Of a stretch of DNA of 64,000 bases, positions 57,925-64,000 are shown one piece after another. The number at the start of each line of letters is the position of its first letter. Position 1 is the first letter of the stretch. Both the position numbers and the translations under genes were made by a program. The notes under the pieces are model-generated. The model saw nothing but the letters and a program-made list of their open reading frames with translations, was not told where the DNA came from and did not search any database. This stretch comes from Amoebidium appalachense. Taxonomy: Eukaryota; Protista; Ichthyosporea. The stretch lies in contig CAVNZM010000001.1 of the NCBI GenBank assembly GCA_963693365.1, positions 19,662,125-19,726,124 of the forward strand, given 5' to 3'.

Positions 57925-58449
57925 GGGGGGGGCACTTTATGTGTTACGGAAAGAGAAGGGAAACAGACTCGCAGGCATGCAGCACATGGGCGTGAAAAGG
58001 AGAGAGGAGAAAGAGATAGAAGATGCATATATGATGGGCACACACCGGAAGTCAGCCAGCTGCTTTGGACTCAAGGTGATTGGGTGCTGGAAGACAGACC
58101 ACACCACAGCCTCGTTGCAGTCTGGGGTGGTCAGTGACCCGTTGTAGCGGTACAGCCCACTGGTCCTGGGTCAGGAGGGTTAAAAGTTAAAAACAGCACA
58201 CACACAAAGTGAAATCATGCAAGATATCACGAGGCCATATCGGAATCACTTCATAAAGTATTTATGATAATAAATGACTGTCATCCAGAATTTCCTGAAT
58301 TTCCTTTTCGTTGGAACCTGCCGATGAAGAAGGGGTTGGAGGTGCATATCAGGTCTATAAGAGAGGTAGGGGCAAACTTTGCGTTTAAGTCCATAACAAC
58401 TAAATAAAGGTAGGGCCAAGCACATGAAAAAACGGACTAATTATGAATC

Positions 58450-58481
<32 letters not shown>

Positions 58482-59328
58482 AAGGCGGCTGTGTAGGCAA
58501 AGGAGCGAGACCCTGAGGAGAAACCGTTGGAACACGAACAAAATAAAAATGGAACCCCACTATGACATGGCTGTACCAGGGAACAAATAAGGAACACTTG
58601 GGTTGCCTGTGCAGGGAAACACACATCAAATTGTGCACAATCTTACGTCTGCAACATAGCAGCAGAGGCGGCGAGAAGAAGGGTGTGCAGGGAAGGGGAT
58701 GGAGGGAGGAAGGGTGGGTGGGTTGGGGGAGGGGGGGGGGGGGGGATACCGAGGCAGTAGGTGGTGTAGGGGAATGCGGAGGGTTGCTGGGGTGGAGGAG
58801 GGCCCGGCAGAGGCATTGGTGACGGCAGGGTTCGAAAATACCTTGCGCAGTGCAGGGTTGGGTTCAGCCCCGACCTGAATGTATGCGGTTAGTATGTGCA
58901 AAGAAGTTTGAAAGGGGTGGTGAGGGGCGGGCGCCGTGGGGGGCCAGGGGGGATTTGTGTTTCATGGTGAACTTGCTTGCAAATGATTGATCACGTAAGG
59001 GTAAAGCGATGACATTGAAAGCACACATATGCACCCCACGTTCGTCGCTGTGCAGGAATCTGGACGTGTGTGGCTCGGGGTGGAGCAGGTAGACGCATGG
59101 AATAGGGTAGCTGGAGCCCAAGGAAGGGGGGGGAGAAGGAGCGAGGAGGAGGCAGGGGATGGGGGGGACTCGAAAGGGAAGAAGAGTGGGGGGGGGGGGG
59201 GGGGGGGTATCTTACAGTTTCACACCTACTTGACCATCGCACCAAAAACTTACCCCCATTCCCCAACAGAAAAAGACGAAGAAAAAGAAAAATCCATGAA
59301 GCCCCCCCCCACCCCTAGCCAGCCCCCC

Positions 59329-59378
<50 letters not shown>

Positions 59379-59443
59379 CGGCCGCCGCCGGACAGTTCAA
59401 GACGAAAAGATCAGGCGACACTGTCATGTAGAAAGAGTACGTG

Positions 59444-59494
<51 letters not shown>

Positions 59495-60030
59495 CACACA
59501 CACCTACACCCACCCATCAACCGACTCATGCACAGGCAGCAAATGGCCTCTTCTACTCATAGAGACAGCCACTCACCTCAAAAAACACGCCCACCACGGC
59601 AATGGCAGCAGAATCATTGGAAGCCAGTGCCTGCACCGTGGAGTTGTATGGCCACTTGACGTGCACAAGATGGGCCTCTGCCGGGTATCTCATACCATAT
59701 ATGGTATGCTCAGATCCAACACCCCCACCAGACCCCCAGTGGAAGTGCACTTGCGCCAGTCTGATGGGCAGAGGATGAGGGGAAGGGAGGCGGGAAACGA
59801 AGGGGAGGGGGGGGGGGGGAGGGGGGGGGGAGGGGGGAAGAGAAAGGGGGGATGTGGATGGGATGGAAGTGGGAATTAGGAAAAGGAAAGTGCCAAAGGG
59901 AGGAGGGGGCAGGGGAGGTCAGAGCACAGACAAACGATATGAAATACCTATAGTGAAACGGCTGCTTTTAATATCTTATACACTGGATTATGAAGGCAAC
60001 AATAAGTATGCCAGTACACAAACACGTGCC

Positions 60031-60061
<31 letters not shown>

Positions 60062-61542
60062 AAAAAAAAAAAAAAGAAAATTTTCGAACATAGACGGGAA
60101 CAATTCCTGAACACTCCGTAACAACCCCTCATCATCATTTCTTTGGAATAATCCCTATAAGTAACTTGTTTAATGAAGGGGCACGTGACAAGCACCAGCC
60201 GTCAATGCATGTGGATCCGAAGGGGTTCTTCACCCCTGCTCAAGTAAACATATTTGTACACGTCGGTACTTTTGTGGAAGTTTGCATTTCCAGGCACATA
60301 CAGGAACACGTACACGCACTCAACCGTGCACGAGCACGTGGGCAACCATGCACACACGGTCACATCCACACACGTGCACGTATATCCACAAGAAGTAGCA
60401 ACACCTTGGTGCGTGGAAAGATAGCATAGCACAGGCATCCAGTACTCCGGTTTCCCTAACCCCTCCCCCCACCCCCTCCCCTCCATCCCCCCCTCTTTCC
60501 CCCCCCTCCTCCCTCCCCCCCCCCCCCCCCCCTCCCCCCCCCCCCCCCCCCCTTCCCACCACCACCACAACCCTCCCACCACAACCCTACAGATCTCATG
60601 CCTGTCGAATCCTAAGCGGATGAGGACAAAATTACGAAAACCTCCAATCACTACCACCCCACCAACACTTCATCACTTGGCAGGCTTTCCGGCATACACA
60701 CACCTACCTGTATGTGCCTGGCAGGCCTGCCCCGCTGATGGTATAATTTTCGTCGGGAACCTTCCCATCCAGCAGTGAAAGCTGCAAGGTGTGGCCGTTG
60801 TTGTCAAACTGCCACTTCCTTTCCCGGTTGGGATAGTTCACGTGCAGACGACCAAGACTGCCGGATTGTGTCTGGGGGTGGAGCCAACGGGTCAGAGAGG
60901 GGGGGGGGGGGGGGGGGGGAGGGGGGGGGGCGACCGTGTTTGCATCTCGAGAGCAGAGAAGGAGACAATCAGGGGCAGTCATGCAACGCTGCGTCGCTAA
61001 AGCGAAGTAAGTAACCCAAAGTTCGGGAGGCTACACCGACTTTTGCACCATTCAAGCAAATACATCCATGCATGTGGCATACACACTCTCCGGCAGCCAC
61101 GGTATACCACTTGCACCCAAAGCCAAGTCCGCACAAGGCAACCACACAATCTTTTAAAATCTGCACATGCCCAAATAATCAAAAGCATCTGCCATAACAC
61201 ACTGCTGTCGCCCTACTATCTACTCCATTCTCCCCCACCCCCGCAAACACACCACACCGTCATACACGATGGCTTTAGACCCATACATAGCCTACGTGAC
61301 AAGCGAGATGGACAAACCATGGGGTAGCAACAACAGGGTCAAAGAGAGGGGCAGGGAGAGGACTTTGGAAGGGGTCAAGGGATGCTATTTACGTTTGCGG
61401 GGCCCAAGTCAACAGGGGACTGGTTTTCGCCGGTGACGCAGACACCCGGCCATTCTTCAGGGTGGGCATAGTCCCAATGGCCCGCACCCAAGCCCAGCGC
61501 AGACACGGTGCCTGCCAGCACAAGCACGCAGAGGGGGTGCAT
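56202..61542 (-). CDS. Secreted alpha-carbonic anhydrase; 6 exons
   Basis: Exons 61542-61393, 60871-60708, 59760-59577, 58874-58750, 58165-58046, 56400-56202, all phase-consistent. Signal peptide, then HWDY...W...C.G.NQSPVDL, NNGHTLQ, QVHFHWG...GSEHTIYG.RYPAEAHLVH (three Zn-ligand His), YRYNGSLTTPDCNEAVVW, GNFRPIQPINNR. Confidence 0.95.
56465..57705. mobile_element. PIF/Harbinger-type (Tourist-like) MITE in the last carbonic anhydrase intron
   Basis: TAA|GGGCGTGTTTGGCAGC ... GCTGCCAAACACGCCC|TAA: perfect 16-bp TIR and 3-bp TAA TSD. Extra internal TIR copies near 56516-56527 and 57575-57586. Confidence 0.9.
56718..57272. mobile_element. hAT-type non-autonomous element nested in the Harbinger MITE
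   Basis: Perfect 8-bp TSD ATTTTGGC (56710-56717 and 57273-57280), imperfect CAGG-type TIRs (CAGGATCGAAATT / AAATCGAACCCTG) and subterminal TTCCCAAA repeats. Confidence 0.88.
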
Positions 61543-61912
61543 GGTGGGAGGTGAGGAGGGCTACTGACCAAGTAGGATGAAACTTTGAGAGGTGAAAACA
61601 GAAGTTGTAAATAACTCTGAAATAGAGTCGTGCTTAGACTGTGTGCCGCCTGCGCAGCTGACGTTGCCACGGCAAGTGGTGTGCTGGCAACCTTGAGGAC
61701 GTCGCGTGTCTTGGACGGACTCTGAGTCTGAGAGCAAAGAGTGGTACAAGGAAGTTCAAGTTTGGTCCAAAACGGAAAACGAAAAACAAACACGGGATTG
61801 GCTGGGAGCGCATCAGCTTCAATATTTCCAAATATGGTGCATTTCAGGAATCATAATAGACTTTTATGGTAATGGACACAGGGTGCGTTCCAAGCTGCCA
61901 CCAGACACATAT

Positions 61913-62335
61913 CCTACCCCCGGATTTTGGTGATTTGTTTTATCTCGTGAATAATGCAATCGCTTGCATTCAACCCGATCGCATTTCGATCGAAGCGCCC
62001 CGACCCTTGCGCCAGCCCCATATTCGCGCGACCCGACATCGGATTTGGCTACGGTGCGGCTGCGCGAGGCTACATTTTGCCAGACCCAAGTCTTCTTTTT
62101 TACCGGCTTCTGCTAGATCATGCGGATATTTTATCGGCTACATGTAAGCATTAATCTTGATGGAGCATATACACATATACAGCCGCACCGTAGCCAAATC
62201 CGATGTCGGGTCGCGCGAATATGGGGCTGGCGCAAGCTTAAGGGTCGGGGCGCTTCGATCGAAATGCGATCGGGTTGAATGCAAGCGATTGCATTATTCA
62301 CGAGATAAAACAAATCACCAAAATCCGGGGGTAGG
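61913..62335. mobile_element. Foldback/MITE with ~150-bp near-perfect inverted repeats
   Basis: Arm 61913-62062 is the reverse complement of 62180-62335 apart from a ~6-nt indel; spacer about 117 bp. Possible TA TSD (TA|CCCCCGG...CCGGGGG|TA). Confidence 0.9.
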
Positions 62336-63701
62336 GTGTTTGGTGATTTTTCTTTACGGCCGAGTCTTTCGTGACCAGGAGGGTCAAATTCAAGAGAAAA
62401 CTATGCTAGGTTCACGGGTGTTTCTAGATGGCCGTGGCTAGGTTCTATAGGCGTCGATTGGGCCTATGTAGATACTAAATGGATAGTTACGCGGGCCGGC
62501 GCATGTGTCTTGAACTTAGAACCGATTGTTTATCTAGGAGGCCTTGTTCGACAGCGAAGTATAGCCAGCCTGTTCAACTGTGGCGGAGCAAAGTGTTTGT
62601 AGATGTAGGCCAGGTTTTATGATAATATGTGTAGGGGGGTACCCGCGGTGGCTGAGTGGGAAGATGCACAGGAAGAAGGCCGGGAGAGATCCAGTAGTCG
62701 CTTAGTTGCTGAGCATTATATGTAGTCAGTCACCTCTGAGATGCTGAGCATTATATATGTGCAAGTTTGTGTTTGCAATGGGTTACAGCCTGAGGGGGAA
62801 AGGGGGCGTGGGGGGTGAAGGGGAAGGGTGGATGGAACACTACACGAAGGCCAGAGGGTTCGGTAATGATGTTGTTAAGGGCCCCAAGGGTCTCGTGGCT
62901 GCTAACGTGAGACCCATCGTCGACCCTGGCACCGACGATGACTATGATTGGTATTAAATCCTCATGAGCAGTATGGCGTGGTTTGCTAAGTTTTTTTTCG
63001 GATTACGGTGAACTTGAACGTGAATTATGATGCTAGCATTAAAGGCGGTTACTAATAGTAGGTATGCATATGGCCATGGATCGTCATGATTCAGAGTCTA
63101 GTGTACCGTGTAGATTATCCGCTGGCCGTGTATTATGTATGCCGCTGCAGCTGAATGATGTCCTCGACCTGACTAACTTCTTCAGCAGTATGTGTTGTAA
63201 ACTCAGACAAGTTGATGATCATCAAGTAAAGCTGTCGAGTAAGCAAAAGTATTAATATACATTATCACGATATATTCATTTGATCAGAGGACACTGAGAT
63301 TATGATGCAACTGATGCAACTGAGGCGATTACGTTACAGCAGGGCATAATTCAGCCACACAATATGGTTCCAAGAAGTTTATGAAGAATCTGGGCCCATG
63401 GACGCAAAGGCTGTGGAAGGAATATGATGGCAATTTTCTTAAATTCTCGTTTGTGTCTGGTTTTTTTTTTTTTTTTTTTTGGGGGGGGGGGGGGGGGGGG
63501 AGGGAAGGGGGGGGGGGGGGGGGGGGGGGGGGAGGGGGGCTTGTCCTCACCCCTCCTCCAATCGTCTGCCAGTCGAATGGCATCTCATCATAGTATCCTC
63601 CCCCTCCCCCTTCCCCCCCCCCCCCCCCCCCCCCCAACAACAAAAAAAACAAAACATAATATATACACATGGCATGAATATCCCCCCCCCCCCCCCCCCC
63701 C

Positions 63702-63740
<39 letters not shown>

Positions 63741-64000
63741 CACACACACACCGTGAAACATACACATACGGGGCACCACAACTACGGCACCCACACACCC
63801 ACATGTGTGCACACACACCTCTCTTCTCACCGATGACGAACCCTCCTCTCCCCCTCTCCTCCCCCCCCTCCCCCCCCTCCCCCCCCCCACGCACACACCC
63901 AACCGCCTGTCACTGCCCTGTTCCGGATCCAGGATGCACGGAGGACGGAGGGGAGGGAGAGCAACTTCTGACGAATAAAAACGTTACGACATTGGGGGAG

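Noticed and set aside
62641-62710. tRNA-like A-box GCGGTGGCTGAGTGG
   Set aside because: No B-box/T-loop or acceptor stem follows; at most a decayed SINE-like trace.

Overview
Intron-rich eukaryotic genomic DNA with very dense poly-G/poly-C tracts and (GT/AC)n and (AG/TC)n microsatellites. Most ORFs in the supplied track are artefacts of these repeats. Manual splicing of exons gives five host genes: a bHLH-leucine-zipper transcription factor (+, ~5.7-10.2 kb), TAF12 (+, 14.6-20.4 kb), an HMG20A/B-like HMG-box protein with a Q/P-rich N-terminus and an extra C2H2 finger (+, 36.3-47.0 kb), an unknown single-pass membrane protein (-, 48-53.6 kb) and a secreted alpha-carbonic anhydrase (-, 56.2-61.5 kb). 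There is also a possible small secreted protein (-, 10.4-11.8 kb). Two transposase genes lie between TAF12 and the HMG gene. The first is a 7-exon Dada-like DDE transposase with a DEDDy 3'-5' exonuclease inserted in its catalytic core; I could not find a small-RNA target gene at its flanks. The second is an intronless piggyBac-like transposase with a possible N-terminal Tudor/SH3-like domain. Several MITEs are present, including a hAT-type element nested in a Harbinger-type element in the last carbonic anhydrase intron. Single-base frameshifts in homopolymers suggest long-read consensus errors. Gene content suggests an opisthokont, possibly a unicellular holozoan (inference only). All family assignments come from recalled motifs, not database searches.
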